Positions 1 through 12,684 are shown, numbered from the whole stretch's first letter. The stretch is DNA of 63,360 bases, filler included, from Octopus bimaculoides (GCF_001194135.2; 6 parts of 5 records of this genome joined end to end with filler, not necessarily neighbours in it), one strand, 5' to 3'. Made by a program: numbers and translations. The notes: a model not told the origin generated them from the sequence alone.

Positions 1-554
1 ATATATATATATATATATATATATACTCGTTAATGTGGTTTCATGTCAAGTTATATATATATAAATATATTAAACTGAAGGATTGCTCAATAATTTTAGC
101 ATTACATGTTTATGAAACTGTTTCGTTAGACTACCGAAAATTCGAAGCCATTGTCACTTCTCTTTTTGTAAAATCATGCACACACACAAACACACATGTA
201 TGTATGTATGTATGTATGTAATGTTGTTGTTCTTCCCGTTTAGCCTTTGTTTCTACATCACTTTAGTGGTGTTCCCTATATCATTGACGCAACCAAATGA
301 TTAGTACAATTAAATTAAAATCTTCGTACTTCCAGCATACTAAAACAACGCTTGAATCTGGTCTTCATAGCTGATGAGAGAATTTCCATGTTTTTTTTTT
401 GTTCTTTGTTGTTGTTTTTTGTTTTTTTTTCATTACTTTTTCGTTAATCCATTCCTTGTTTCGTTTTGAGTTTTCTTGACTAGATTCGTGGCACACACAG
501 CGTCCTAACAATTTCACCCAACAATCGATATTTTTCCCTCTCGCTGTGACCATT

Positions 555-870
555 CTCGCCTGGTTTAGTGGTCTGGGTATTCGGTTCACGATCGTAGGGT
601 CGTGAGTTCGATTCCAGGCGACGCACTGTGTCCTTGAGCAAGACACTTCATTTCATGTAGCTCTAGTCCACACAGCTGGCAAAAATGGGTCTTACCTGTA
701 TTTTAAAGGGCCAGCCTTGTCACATTATGTGTCATGTTGAATCTCCTTGAGAACTACGTTAAGGGTACCCATATTTGTGGTGTGCTCAGCCACTTGCCCG
801 CTAATTTCACAAGCAAGTTGTACCGTTGATCGGATCAACTGGAATACTTGTCTTCATAACCAACTGAATG
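555..870 (+). mobile_element. tRNA-derived CORE-type SINE
   Basis: A/B-box head (GGTTTAGTGGT...GAGTTCGATTCC) then CORE-like TGTGTCCTTGAGCAAGACACTTCATTTC; homologous inverted copy at ~46910-47165. Confidence 0.8.
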
Positions 871-1889
871 CCATTCTCGCTGTCGCTATTCTCTCTATTT
901 CTTATTCTCTCATTCTTTCTTGTTTCCCTCTTTGTCTTTATCACTTATTCTCAAGTTCATTTAATATTTGTTCTCCGTATTATTTTCTCCCCATCACACG
1001 TTCCTTTCTGTCTCCTTCTTGGTTCTTTTTCACACTCTCTCTTTCACGCTCCCTCTTCCCTTCCTTACCGTTTTACAATTGCTCTGCACGCTACCACCTC
1101 TGCTGTGGCCATTCCGAAATTCTCCATCCTAATCTGTATTTTCGATTGAATATTTCTTAATTCTTGTTCTTTCCTCCAACTAAAATGAGATCTTAGTTTT
1201 TTCTTTCTCTTCTTTTGCACAACTAGTATTGTTTCTTTTTATTTTCATGTGAATAGCCATAACATTCACCTTTTCTAGAAATTTGAAGCCTATTTTCACC
1301 GAATTGTTTTTACGGTTGTTTTACCAAAATCACATTGTTTTTGATTGCCAGGAATCGATCCTAGAAAACATACATGTATACAAGCTCTAGAGACAGCATC
1401 TTTTAATCTTCCGCTTAATGAAATTTCTTTGGCAGTTTTTCCTTAATATCATCATCCTCTGTCTTAAATCATGTGTTAGAAGACAAACAGACAGATTCTT
1501 CGTATTTATTGCATGGTAGACTGCCAAACAGATACCAACACAATGGTCAAAATATTTTCTTTTCCGTAATATGTCAGGCGAACGGAGCAAGATAGTGTTA
1601 GTAACAAGCAGCATCTATTGATTGACCTTAATCAGAAATAGCTGACGAAGACAAAAAGATTGTCGTCAAAGATATATAATGTTAAAGCATGATGCTGCGT
1701 TTGTTCTTTGGCTGAAAGCGCATAAATAAAACTGGGGCCCAAATTCTTCTGCTTCACTGATCCTTGTGGTTTTTATCTTTTACTTCTTTTGACATTTAAA
1801 TCCAGTGGCCTCCCTATGCAGCCCCTGAATTTGTATAGACCATTGGAGGTTTATGTTATTTTAACTTGATATCTGAAATACAAGCATAA

Positions 1890-1929
<40 letters not shown>

Positions 1930-2357
1930 NNNNNNNNNNGCGTGCGTGCTATATATCCCATATACTATATTCGTATCTATTACAACATCCTACATCTTTC
2001 TCCTTTACCAGATAAATCAATCGCACAAAACACTACAATTCCTAATAGCTAGAACTAATTATTTGATTTCCTTCGTACCCTCTCCCCAGTATTCAGCCTA
2101 TATCTCCTGAATACCCTTAAATTCTAAGCTATCTCTGCCTTTAGCCTTAGCTAGCGAACCCTAAACCCCGGCTTTATACATGATTGACTTTATTTATGCA
2201 TTTATATATTTCTTCACTTTTTACTTTTCTTTATCCTTTATCCTTATTTTATCTTCGATCCTCTCCCAGCTACGCACTTTTCTGGATGGATGTCTATGTA
2301 TGGCTGTATGTATGTATGTATATGCATATATATATATACATACACACACACACACAC

Positions 2358-2389
<32 letters not shown>

Positions 2390-2394
<5 letters not shown>

Positions 2395-2570
2395 GGGTGC
2401 AATTAGTAAATTGTCGCCATTTTATATTTTTAATTTCATGCATGTACATTGTTTGTTTTTTTATTGTATGTGTGTGTGAGTGAGTGTTTGTGTTTGTATG
2501 TACTGAAGTCGCTCCTCTACTCGTGTGAGACATGGACCTTTTAGAGGCATTACATACGGTAGCTTGAAAG
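2390..2570 (+). mobile_element. Probable mariner-type 5' terminal fragment
   Basis: TA followed by TIR-like TGAAGGGTGCAATTAGTAAATTGTCGCC at the end of a (TA)n run; no transposase recovered. Confidence 0.35.
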
Positions 2571-2599
2571 CTTTCATCAGAAATCTCTGAGACACATTC

Positions 2600-3035
2600 T
2601 GAACGTTGGCTAGTCTTCGCAGACTACTTGAGCATTATCACGATGGTGCACGAGCACCTTTCTATGTTGGACTGGACACCTTGTTCGGAAGAATGATCGG
2701 AGGATCCCTAAGCATATCCAATATGGCGACCTTTTTGTGAAAGCGTCCCCAGACGAAACCAAGACTACGATTCTATAAAACCTTCGTTGAAACCATATGC
2801 TATATGGGAGATTAGTTGGGAAAACAATGCATGCCATCGCCACCAATGGAGGAAACAAGTAAAAGACGGAGTGGGTGCTTCCTAAAAAACATGCATTTTT
2901 CATACTGAAATCAAGCGAGCCGCTTGAAAACGCACCGCCATTATAGTGAACGGAGGAAGCTTGGTCTACAATATCTCCGGACGTGTATATTTATCAAGGG
3001 CTGGGCTCATTAGACATCAGCGGTGCCACAAGTGT
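2600..3035 (+). mobile_element. RTE-clade LINE 3' fragment (RT C-terminus + C2H2 finger), degraded
   Basis: Frameshifted GHLVRKNDRRIPKHIQYGDL / PRLRF / WENNACHRHQWRKQVKDGV / RVYLSRAGLIRHQRCH. Confidence 0.8.
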
Positions 3036-3431
3036 AAAGTATAAATTTGTTTGAGTGCACAATGTCCATAATAGTCAGTGATGGTCTTTCTCGGTCGGTC
3101 GCGAGTGGACAGCCACTACATATATATATATATATACATNNNNNNNNNNNNNNNNNNNNNNNNNNNNNNNNNNNNNNNNNNNNNNNNNNNNNNNNNNNNN
3201 NNNNNNNNNNNNNNNNNNNNNNNNNNNNNNNNNNNNNNNNNNNNNNNNNNNNNNNNNNNNNNNTATATATACATGTATGTATGTGTGTATGTGGCGGGGA
3301 GAGAGTGTGTGAGTAAAAATAAGCTGGTAACTTGATAGTGGAATATACAGCCAGGCAGAATAGTTAAGGAAGCAGATACATACATAAATGAATAACTAGA
3401 TATTTGGCAAAAGATAGACAGACAGACAAAC

Positions 3432-3507
<76 letters not shown>

Positions 3508-3687
3508 GACGGAAGAAATATAAAGATGTGCCATAGAAAAAAAAATCATGAACGCTTCTTGAATTAGAAATCAAAGGCTTCGCAGGCTTTCAGCCAATTT
3601 TTTTTATCTCTTTAATGAATTAAAATTGAAAAGAAAAAAAACACAAAACCCATACAAATATGCGCATATGTAGTGTAAGTGTCTGTT

Positions 3688-3719
<32 letters not shown>

Positions 3720-4938
3720 AACACAAAAAAAATTGTTTAGACCATCTGTTATGACAAGAGCATTTTTTTCTGATATTACCATAAAAAACATAATATCTGT
3801 AAGAATATAAAATATACAATATAAAATATAAAAATAAAATGAAAGCTGAAAGAAATAAAACTATACACACACGGCCGTCGATTCCATCAACCCAACCAAC
3901 CAGCCAGCCAGCCAGCCAGCCAACCACCCTACCTTACACCGTAAATAACCACAACTACGACTGGAGAGGAAGAAAAAAATAACAAAGATGACTACAAGAA
4001 CGATAAAAACGACTTTAACATGATAGAAAGACTACGAAGCCATAAAGTAATTCAAATGTCTTAAAGCCTAGTTTTGGTTGATCGAAAATGTGTGTACCTC
4101 GCTTTTCATCAAACATGAACTTTATGACACTTCATGCAGGCTAACAATTTTAGCAGACAAAACTCCTATGCCTTGAGGGACTCGAAGCAAGCAAAGACAA
4201 AACATAAAAAGTAAAATAGGAAACTGTTGATATTTATGAGAATAATAACAACAGAAAAAATATCTTACATACATTTAAATAAATTTACACAAATACATAC
4301 ACGCACCTTTGAATATATGATCACGTGCATATGTTTATATATATATATATATAAACATATGCACGTGAAACGAAGAAGAATACGGAGAGAGAAAATAATG
4401 TGTTGGGTGATATATATATANNNNNNNNNNNNNNNNNNNNNNNNNNNNNNNNNNNNNNNNNNNNNNNNNNNNNNNNNNNNNNNNNNNNNNNNNNNNNNNN
4501 NNNNNNNNNNNNNNNNNNNNNNNNNNNNNNNNNNNNNNNNNNNNNNNNNNNNNNNNNNNNNNNNNNNNNNNNNNNNNNNNNNNNNNNNNNNNNNNNNNNN
4601 NNNNNNNNNNNNNNNNNNNNNNNNNNNNNNNNNNNNNNNNNNNNNNNNNNNNNNNNNNNNNNNNNNNNNNNNNNNNNNNNNNNNNNNNNNNNNNNTATAA
4701 TAGAAATATGTTAAAAAAAAACAAAATAGAAACTACACGTGGAAATGTAAGGGGAAAGTAAGCAGAAAAATAAGAGAAAATGCACATTGGAAATCAAAAA
4801 GAAGGTAAGGCTTTTATGAAAAGTAACGATACATATATACAATTAGATGAACTGAGGTAGGAATAAAGGTAATAAAAGTCATTATTGTAAGTTATTAAAG
4901 AGATTTACAAGCATACCGGTTTCGTGATATTACTAGTC

Positions 4939-5720
4939 ATTGCTACGCGTGAGTTAGCAGCAAGGTTTCATGTTTCGAGTCCAACTGTATTGGACCATCT
5001 GAAACATATCGGCAAGGTAAGGACAAACGGATACCACACGAACTGAACGAGCATCAAATGACAAGTCGTCTTCAAACTTGCTATTCTTTGCTGTCACGGC
5101 ATAAAAGTGAACCATTTTTGCATCGTATTGTTACGAGTGATGAAAAATGGATTCTTTTCAACAATAGCAAGCATTCTGCACGATGGCTGGAGAGAGACGA
5201 AGTGCCAAAACACAATCCAAAAAGAATATTCACCAAAAAAAGGCTAATGGTGTCTGTTTAGTAGGCTAGCACTGGTGTCATTAACTACAGCTTCATGAGA
5301 CCTGGTAAGTCAATTACAGTGGATGTATATATCAACCAATTGGATGAAATGATGAGACTGGCCAATTCTCTTGCAAAACAATGCTCGACTACATGTTGCA
5401 CAAAGAACGCTACTCAACTTACTGGAACTGAACTTGGAAGTACTCTGTCACCTATCATATTCACCAGACCTTGCACCAACTGACTATCACGTTTTCCAGG
5501 CATTAGACATCTGAAGAAGATGCCAAAACAGCCTTTCGTGATTTCATGACCTCTTGCTCCCCAGAATTCTTCGCTGCCAGCATAAATAAGCTACGGATAC
5601 AATGGCAGAATTGTGTTGATAATTTAGGTGCATACTATGATTAACTGCATTGTTTTTTGTTGAGATAAAGATAAACTTTCAGTTCAAAATCAGACATTTC
5701 ATTCTTAATGACCGGATATA
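4939..5720 (+). mobile_element. Mariner (DD34D) transposase pseudogene with 3' end
   Basis: FLHRIVTSDEKWILFNN, NNARLHVA, YSPDLAPTDYHVF and WQNCVDNLGAYYD motifs; stops, frameshifts, internal deletions. Confidence 0.92.
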
Positions 5721-6850
5721 AATGGATTGAAGTAAAAAGCATGCAATTTCATGCAGGAAAATTCCAAGCCTTCCGCTATCAGCTAGTTTGTGCTAAGATA
5801 CCGCAACAAAGAAACTTTCAACTAAAAGGAGCGGCAATCCCAGAACCAAGTACACTGTATGATTAGGGGATTGATCTGAGCAACAACACTCGTTTCACGT
5901 GCATATCACCAAGATGTTGGCAATGTACAGGCACATTTCTGAACCTATACTGGTTCTATGGAGGACATTTGTGCTCAGCTGTCTGGACTAGTTCTCTCAA
6001 CTGTGGTCACCCAACAGATTCAAACTAATAGCAGAACTTGGGTCAGTTCAGCGGTAGTACGCAAGGAAGAGTAAACCGTTGGAACAACTGAGCTACTGGA
6101 AGAGATTGAAAGGGTTATGACCCCCTGGAGCGAAAACGGGAGAAAAATGCAGTGATATACGTGCGGAAGTGATATACGTACAAGGCGGCGAGATGGCAGA
6201 AACGTTAGCACGCCGGGCGAAATGCTTAGCAGTATTTTGTCTGCCGTTACCTTCTAGGTTCAAATTCCGCCGACGTCGACTTTGCCTTTCATCCTTTCGG
6301 GGTCGATTAAATAAGTACCATTTACGCACTGGGGTCGATATAAGCGACTTAATCCCTTTGTCTGTCTTTGTTTGCTCCCTCTATGTTAAGCCCCTTGTGG
6401 GCAATAAAATTTAAAAAATAAAATAAGATATACGTACGGAAGATCCTGGAAGGATTGGCAGCAAACTTTGACATCAAGCGCCACACCAGCATCCGAACTG
6501 GACCTCACCGCACGGTTCCAAAGGTCTCAGCCATCCCTTTTAGTGCGAGGACCATGTACTGCAATAGCTTGGCATTCAAGGCCTCATGGTTATTTTATAC
6601 CTTGTCAAAACATCTTCGAGGTCTTCATGGAGTGAGGGTGGATGCCTTCAAGTAACAACTTGATCTCCTGCTGTCCAAGGTCCCGAAAGAACCTACATCA
6701 CGGCCAGAAACTCAAAAGAGGGCAGCAATATCGGACTCCCTCCTTCACCAATAGCCAGCCAATCACATAAGAATAGCTATTGAAAAGGTGATGATTCTGG
6801 CGATGCTCCAGCATGGCCAAAGCCTTTGGGCTGAAAGAAAATAAAAGAAT
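5720..6850 (+). mobile_element. CR1/L2-group LINE 3' fragment interrupted by a SINE
   Basis: MQFHAGKFQAFRY, SQLWSP, RKILEGL, QLDLLLSKVP; 3' tail GGCGATGCTCCAGCATGGCC...AATAAAAGA; same family as 54430-55490. Confidence 0.85.
6182..6426 (+). mobile_element. tRNA-derived SINE (GGCGGCGAGCTGGCAGAA family) with 11-bp TSD
   Basis: Full head and tail; GATATACGTAC at 6171-6181 and 6427-6437. Confidence 0.88.
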
Positions 6851-6915
6851 GTATATTTAGTTGCAAATGTATGTATGTATGTATGTATGTATGTATACAG
6901 TTTCTGTGCTGATGT

Positions 6916-7115
6916 CCTTCCTGTTATTCATCAAATTTTGCTCGGAAATCACTTCCTCGACGTACCATGCAAAAGGTTTGAACACCCGGTGTGGCTGCAG
7001 ATCAAAATTCCGAACGACACGACGATACAGACGCATATTATCCAATCGTTAACAAATTAAGTCAATATTTATTAGCGACATATAATTTACTATATAAATG
7101 TTAACTAATTTCGTT
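6916..7115. repeat. Copy 1 of ~200-bp direct repeat
   Basis: Near-identical to 8045-8248 (a few substitutions, one 4-nt indel). Confidence 0.9.
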
Positions 7116-7764
7116 ACTAATTAGTTAACTAACAGCTTATGTAAATGTATAACTTGGCTCATTGTCACCACTTTTTATGTGCGACATTATTTACATATAT
7201 AAAGACTTTAACCTATAAGGCATAACTAGACTTAGATGAATGTTTACAAAGAGAATTAAAAGAAGATAATGGCTTAAATATGACACAGCCAAATGAAAGA
7301 ACTTGTTTTGGATGATATGACAAAGATAATATTGATTATTGTTATTTAATATTCATATAGCTCATAAATAAATATGTTGCTAATATTTCTAATGATATGC
7401 ACAAACAGTAACGTACTTCAACACAGGAATAACCAAGTATGCATAATGTTCCTTTCTCTCTTTCTCTCTTTATCTTTATCTTTCTGTCTTTCTCTCACTC
7501 ACTTACTCTCTTTCTCTCTTTTTCTCCCTCTCTCTCTCTCTATCTATCTATCTCTTTCTCTTTCCTCTCTCTTAGCTTGACATATAGTTATTTGTGTGTT
7601 TCCGTACATAAATATACTCTTATGTGTGTGTATATGTATGTGTAGTCTATCTCTCTTCGTGTTTTGTTGTCAATCTATCTGTGTTAATGCGTATCCATAT
7701 ATGATACACACATACATACAAATATATATATGTGTGAGTGTGTGTGAGTGTGAGTGTGTGTGTG

Positions 7765-7831
<67 letters not shown>

Positions 7832-7963
7832 TAAGGTTTCTAGAGGTAGTGTACCACTCGATCATTTAAGAGAGTAAATATATTACAGTAAAAACCACAA
7901 GTCTTGTCAAATACAGCTACCTAGGGTTTCCTGACCGAAATATTAATTTATTTCGCCAATTTA

Positions 7964-8022
7964 TTCAGCTGATGAGAAATCAGGCACCTACATGGTGCTA
8001 AATTTCGAAACCGGTACCAAGT
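7964..8022 (+). ncRNA. Hammerhead ribozyme motif, long branched stem II, weak stem I
   Basis: CTGATGA 7969-7975; GAAAT/ATTTC and GCACC/GGTGC stems; GAAA 8007-8010; palindromic stem III ACCGGT; GUA triplet; stem I mostly mismatched. Confidence 0.55.
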
Positions 8023-8044
8023 TGACCAGCATTGCTTGTTCTGA

Positions 8045-8248
8045 CCTTCCTGTTATTCATCAAATTTTGCTCAGAAATCACTTCCACGACGTACCATGCA
8101 AAAGGTTTGAACACCCGAACGTTGTGGCTGCAGATCAAAATTCCGAACGACACGACGATACAGACGCATATAATCCAATGATTAACAAATTAAGTCAATA
8201 TTTATTAGTGACATATAATTTATTATATAAATGTTAACTAATTTCGTT
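8045..8248. repeat. Copy 2 of ~200-bp direct repeat (possible PLE pseudo-LTR)
   Basis: Matches 6916-7115; begins ~25 nt after the HHR motif. Confidence 0.9.
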
Positions 8249-8501
8249 CACTGAAAGTTTTTCCTATCATGTCTATAGTAGATTTGTGACTATTCGGTGG
8301 TACAGAACTATTTTTGACTTCTATTTTTTAGCGATGTAGGTGTTCATGCAGTGCCCTTGTGTATATATGTAGATATCTAATATTGTATTTTATTAATTTG
8401 CCTGTACGGCTGATAATTCCCTTGCCACTCTTGATGGTATTTCAATAACTCCATCCCTATATATATATATATATATATATGAAAACATATTTTTTCCGCA
8501 G

Positions 8502-8557
8502 AACTTACGAAGTCAAGAGCCAAAAGTTTCGTAATAATAAGCGTCATGGGCGAAACT
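8502..8557 (+). CDS. Candidate internal exon, unknown gene
   Basis: Acceptor TTTTTTCCGCAG, donor GTAAGT; two frames open (ELTKSRAKSFVIISVMGET or TYEVKSQKFRNNKRHGRN). Confidence 0.3.
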
Positions 8558-9273
8558 GTAAGTCATTGAGTTACGTTGTAAATTCTGCCGACTAAGAATT
8601 ATAATATAATATTTATACTCATATTTTTGAATTCCATCCATCCTCTTTGCACTACTGAACCTATGTATGAAAATAGAGATATCCAAATGTGAAGGTTTAA
8701 AACAGAAATAGTCTTGATGACATGTGCCGCGGTAGTAATTAAAAAAACAAGCAGAAAAAAACACATAACAAGATCTCCGGGACTTAGGGATCTATACAAG
8801 ATACAAAACGTATTACTTGTAATTACATCACATGGTCGCTTTGTCATTTACTGAGATATTTTCTGCTTACCCTTCAATTAAATTTTCATGTATTCACAGC
8901 ACCGCTGAGTGCAATTCTGATACATTATGCAGTTTGTGTTTTCACTTCGTTTTTTCTTATAACGAAAGTAAACTGTACAACGTGATGTATTGTTTGCTCT
9001 GTGTTACCTATATGTTACGCAACTACTAATATATTGATTGTGCGTTTTCCTGCATCTTTATAAATCATTCTCTCTGTACCTAATATTGCTGGGATTGCTT
9101 CTGTGCCATCATTTTTTAGATCTTTATATTTGAATAAAATTTTCCATGTTTTTTATACAGAAGCATTATTATTTACTGGGACTCGTACTTTAAATAGATG
9201 GTACTTTTTTTCAGCTATCTTTGGCTACAACATCCCGTCACTTTGTCTTGATTTGTGTAAAATTCTTTTTTAA

Positions 9274-9680
9274 TCAAGGCACAAGGTCTGAAATTTGGGG
9301 GGAAGAGGCCAGTCGACTAGATCGACCCCAGTACGCAACTGGTACTTAATTTATCAACCCCAAAAGGGTAAAAGGCAAATTCGACCTTAGCGTAATTTGA
9401 ACTCAGAACGTAAACGATTTGCGTAAAATTAGCATAGCAATGAGTGAGGTTGCTTTGTCATTTTCTAAGACTTTTTCTAAAGTATACTTTTCTACTCTAG
9501 GCACAAGGTTCGAAATTTTGGGGGGAGGGAGTCAGTCGATTACACAACTGGTACTTAATTTATCGACCCCAAAAGGAGGAAAGGCAAAGTCGACCTTAGC
9601 AGAATTTGAACTCAGAACGTAAACGATTTGTGTAAAATTAACATAGCAATGAGTATGGTTGCTTTGTCATTTTCTAAGAC
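9274..9680 (-). repeat. Tandem duplication of a SINE fragment plus flank
   Basis: Two ~200-bp units, each with SINE body then AAACGATTTG(C/T)GTAAAATT...GCTTTGTCATTTTCTAAGAC. Confidence 0.8.
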
Positions 9681-10929
9681 CTTTATACTTTAGTATAGTC
9701 AAACTATTATATTTAGTTTCTGGTGCAATTCATAATGCTGACACTATTTCCGATGCATAAAAGCTCTTATTCCGTCATCGCAGTTTATTCAATTTATGTT
9801 GCTGAAGACTTGGCAAACAGATACAAATTGATTAACTCTTATTTCCTAACCTTCTCTTCTTCTGCCGTTCCTTACTGCTTCATTATGTGCTTTCGGTCGT
9901 CACTGCTTCATTATATGTTTTGGCTGTTTCTGGCAGCAAATGTTTATATCGGTTTTAACTATCAATCTAATGTATGTATAATATTCCTTCTAATTAATTT
10001 CTTGGGTATGTATTTATGTGTTGTATTCTGCCGAGTTCATTAAGTAAATTAGTGTCTGTTGTACTATTATTTATTGCAAATATTTGTCAACCTGTGTTCA
10101 GTCTAAATTTTTATTTGTATTTCTTTATTTAACAGCGCAGAAGTTCTATTAATATTTTTTTCTTCTTCAGAATTGCCTTGGATTTCTATCCAACCTGGAT
10201 TTCTCGTGAATTCTTTTAGTAATTCCTTGTATTCTCTATAGCAATGTTTCTCGTAGTCTGTTATCTACAATATAGAACCTGAGGTCATACATACACAAAA
10301 GATGGTTTATTGTTTTCCTATAACAAGCCACAATAGGTCATCATAAAGAAACAACATTAGCCGACAAATAATAAATTAGATCCAACCAACATTATGCTAG
10401 CCTTCCTTGGGCCCCTAATCTCTTTAAAACTATTCAAAATAAACTTTCAAGCAAAACAAAACACAAAACAGCGTACATTACATTTTCACGGGCTCAAATG
10501 CGTAATATTGCCTGTTGCACACTTTGTTTCCGCAACAAGCTATAACTTACACAAATCCTTTCACTACAAAATGCTCTCTAAAATGCATACCTTAGAATAC
10601 TATCTCTCTCATAATAAATCCAGAGAAATGTGTAATTAAAATAATACATGCAGACAAATAAAACATTGACATCAATGATGGCGTCGGCCAGAAATTATGT
10701 GATAAGGTGCACACCATACAGGGAAGTGTTGAGGGGGAACAACTGTTGTACTTCAACCGAGTCTATCTTTCTCACCTGAAATACGATTATTATCTACAGG
10801 TATAGAGACATAAACTCCGCAGTAGAGAAAAATAGATTAAACTGCAGTTCTATATTGAACGTTTTACTATAAATTGCTACGTTTGGAGTATGAACTATGG
10901 CCTAGAACCAGTGACATGTTATATAAGGC

Positions 10930-11166
10930 ATGGAGGCACTGTAGACTGCATCTGGTGGACGACGACGGCAGCGGTTGCGGCTGTAGAGGTGATGGTGGGG
11001 CCGGCTAGAGAAGTGGCGGCGAAAGTGGTGGTGACAGTGGCGGAGTCAGTGGAGACGACAGGGGCAACGGTGGCGGCTACGGCAGCGGTGCGACGGCAAT
11101 AGAAGTGGCGGGGGGGGCAGCGGTGATGGCGGTAGAGGAGATGGCGGAAGCGGAGGCGGAGGCGGT
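10930..11166. repeat. Cryptic (GGC/GGT)n low-complexity tract
   Basis: GC-rich degenerate trinucleotide next to a ~650-N gap. Confidence 0.7.
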
Positions 11167-11820
11167 NNNNNNNNNNNNNNNNNNNNNNNNNNNNNNNNNN
11201 NNNNNNNNNNNNNNNNNNNNNNNNNNNNNNNNNNNNNNNNNNNNNNNNNNNNNNNNNNNNNNNNNNNNNNNNNNNNNNNNNNNNNNNNNNNNNNNNNNNN
11301 NNNNNNNNNNNNNNNNNNNNNNNNNNNNNNNNNNNNNNNNNNNNNNNNNNNNNNNNNNNNNNNNNNNNNNNNNNNNNNNNNNNNNNNNNNNNNNNNNNNN
11401 NNNNNNNNNNNNNNNNNNNNNNNNNNNNNNNNNNNNNNNNNNNNNNNNNNNNNNNNNNNNNNNNNNNNNNNNNNNNNNNNNNNNNNNNNNNNNNNNNNNN
11501 NNNNNNNNNNNNNNNNNNNNNNNNNNNNNNNNNNNNNNNNNNNNNNNNNNNNNNNNNNNNNNNNNNNNNNNNNNNNNNNNNNNNNNNNNNNNNNNNNNNN
11601 NNNNNNNNNNNNNNNNNNNNNNNNNNNNNNNNNNNNNNNNNNNNNNNNNNNNNNNNNNNNNNNNNNNNNNNNNNNNNNNNNNNNNNNNNNNNNNNNNNNN
11701 NNNNNNNNNNNNNNNNNNNNNNNNNNNNNNNNNNNNNNNNNNNNNNNNNNNNNNNNNNNNNNNNNNNNNNNNNNNNNNNNNNNNNNNNNNNNNNNNNNNN
11801 NNNNNNNNNNNNNNNNNNNN

Positions 11821-11855
<35 letters not shown>

Positions 11856-11880
11856 CCATCTACCCAATACGTAAATAAAC

Positions 11881-11915
<35 letters not shown>

Positions 11916-11999
11916 GGTTGGTGCGTGTGCGTTTCAGTGCGAATGTAAACACTGAGACATGAGCGAAGACCAGAGACATGCAATAATGAGAACAACGAG

Positions 12000-12317
12000 A
12001 AACCATCAGCGCTGTCAAGAGCAACATCATCATCATCATCATCATCAACAACAACAACGATAGGAGCAGCAACGTTAGCAACAAAAGCAGCAGCAGTAAC
12101 AGCAACGACGGGCCAAGGCTGCAATCGCAACCACAGCAGCAGCGGCTGCAACATCAACAACAACAACAAAAACAACAACAGCAACAGAAACGGCAACATC
12201 AGCTACAACAACAACAGCAGCTACAACAATGACCAAAGCTGCAACAGCAACAACAACAACAACAACAGCAGCAGCAGCTGCAACATCAGCAGCAATAATA
12301 TCGATAACATTAACAAC
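12000..12317. repeat. Degenerate (CAT/CAA/CAG)n tract
   Basis: Mixed trinucleotide runs; source of several spurious ORFs. Confidence 0.85.
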
Positions 12318-12380
12318 ATTATTTACATTATTTACATTATTTACATTTGACGGATATTTGTCCTCATTTTGTTTGTTGTT

Positions 12381-12424
12381 AACACAACGTTTCGGTTGAT
12401 ATAACCTCCAACCTTCATCAGGTG
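12381..12424 (-). ncRNA. Minimal type I hammerhead (family A)
   Basis: CAC-CTGATGA-A-GGTTG(gaggttatat)CAACC-GAAAC-GTT-GTGTT on minus strand; stem I truncated to ~3-4 bp. Confidence 0.65.
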
Positions 12425-12578
12425 CAGATGTGAATAGCATATGGGAACCGGTATTAAGGAAGGATAGAAAAATTTTAGATTTATAAGCCCTAAAATTCAC
12501 TCCATAATTGCCCACAGCGTAGTGGTTAAGAGCGAGGGCTACTAACCCCAAGATTCCGAGTTCGATTCCAGGCAGTGA

Positions 12579-12637
<59 letters not shown>

Positions 12638-12684
12638 TCAAAAAATACCTTAGGAATGAGAACCCAGATTCGAAATTTCCCCAA

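Noticed and set aside
8502-8557. MORN repeat (FRNNKRHG)
   Set aside because: Spacing from the upstream Tyr and the following Gly do not fit; only a single partial match.
8599-8847. GPCR-like hydrophobic ORF on minus strand (also 9723-10043 on plus)
   Set aside because: No diagnostic motifs; hydrophobicity follows from T-rich composition.
10930-11166. Gly-rich structural protein exon (GGDSGG..GGYGSG)
   Set aside because: In-frame TAG and frame switches; behaves like a cryptic GGN repeat. The adjacent gap prevents a final verdict.
10919-12199. Long ORFs at 10.9-12.2, 22.3-23.4, 50-51.5, 53.5-54.6, 56.9-57.8 and 59.4-60.7 kb
   Set aside because: They are N gaps plus stop-free microsatellites, not genes.
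12512-12576. Functional tRNA gene with ACT anticodon (also ~34016 and ~36888)
   Set aside because: Acceptor stem does not pair, the anticodon stem is imperfect, and copies sit in a mobile module; treated as a tRNA-derived head (loop closest to Thr/Ser).
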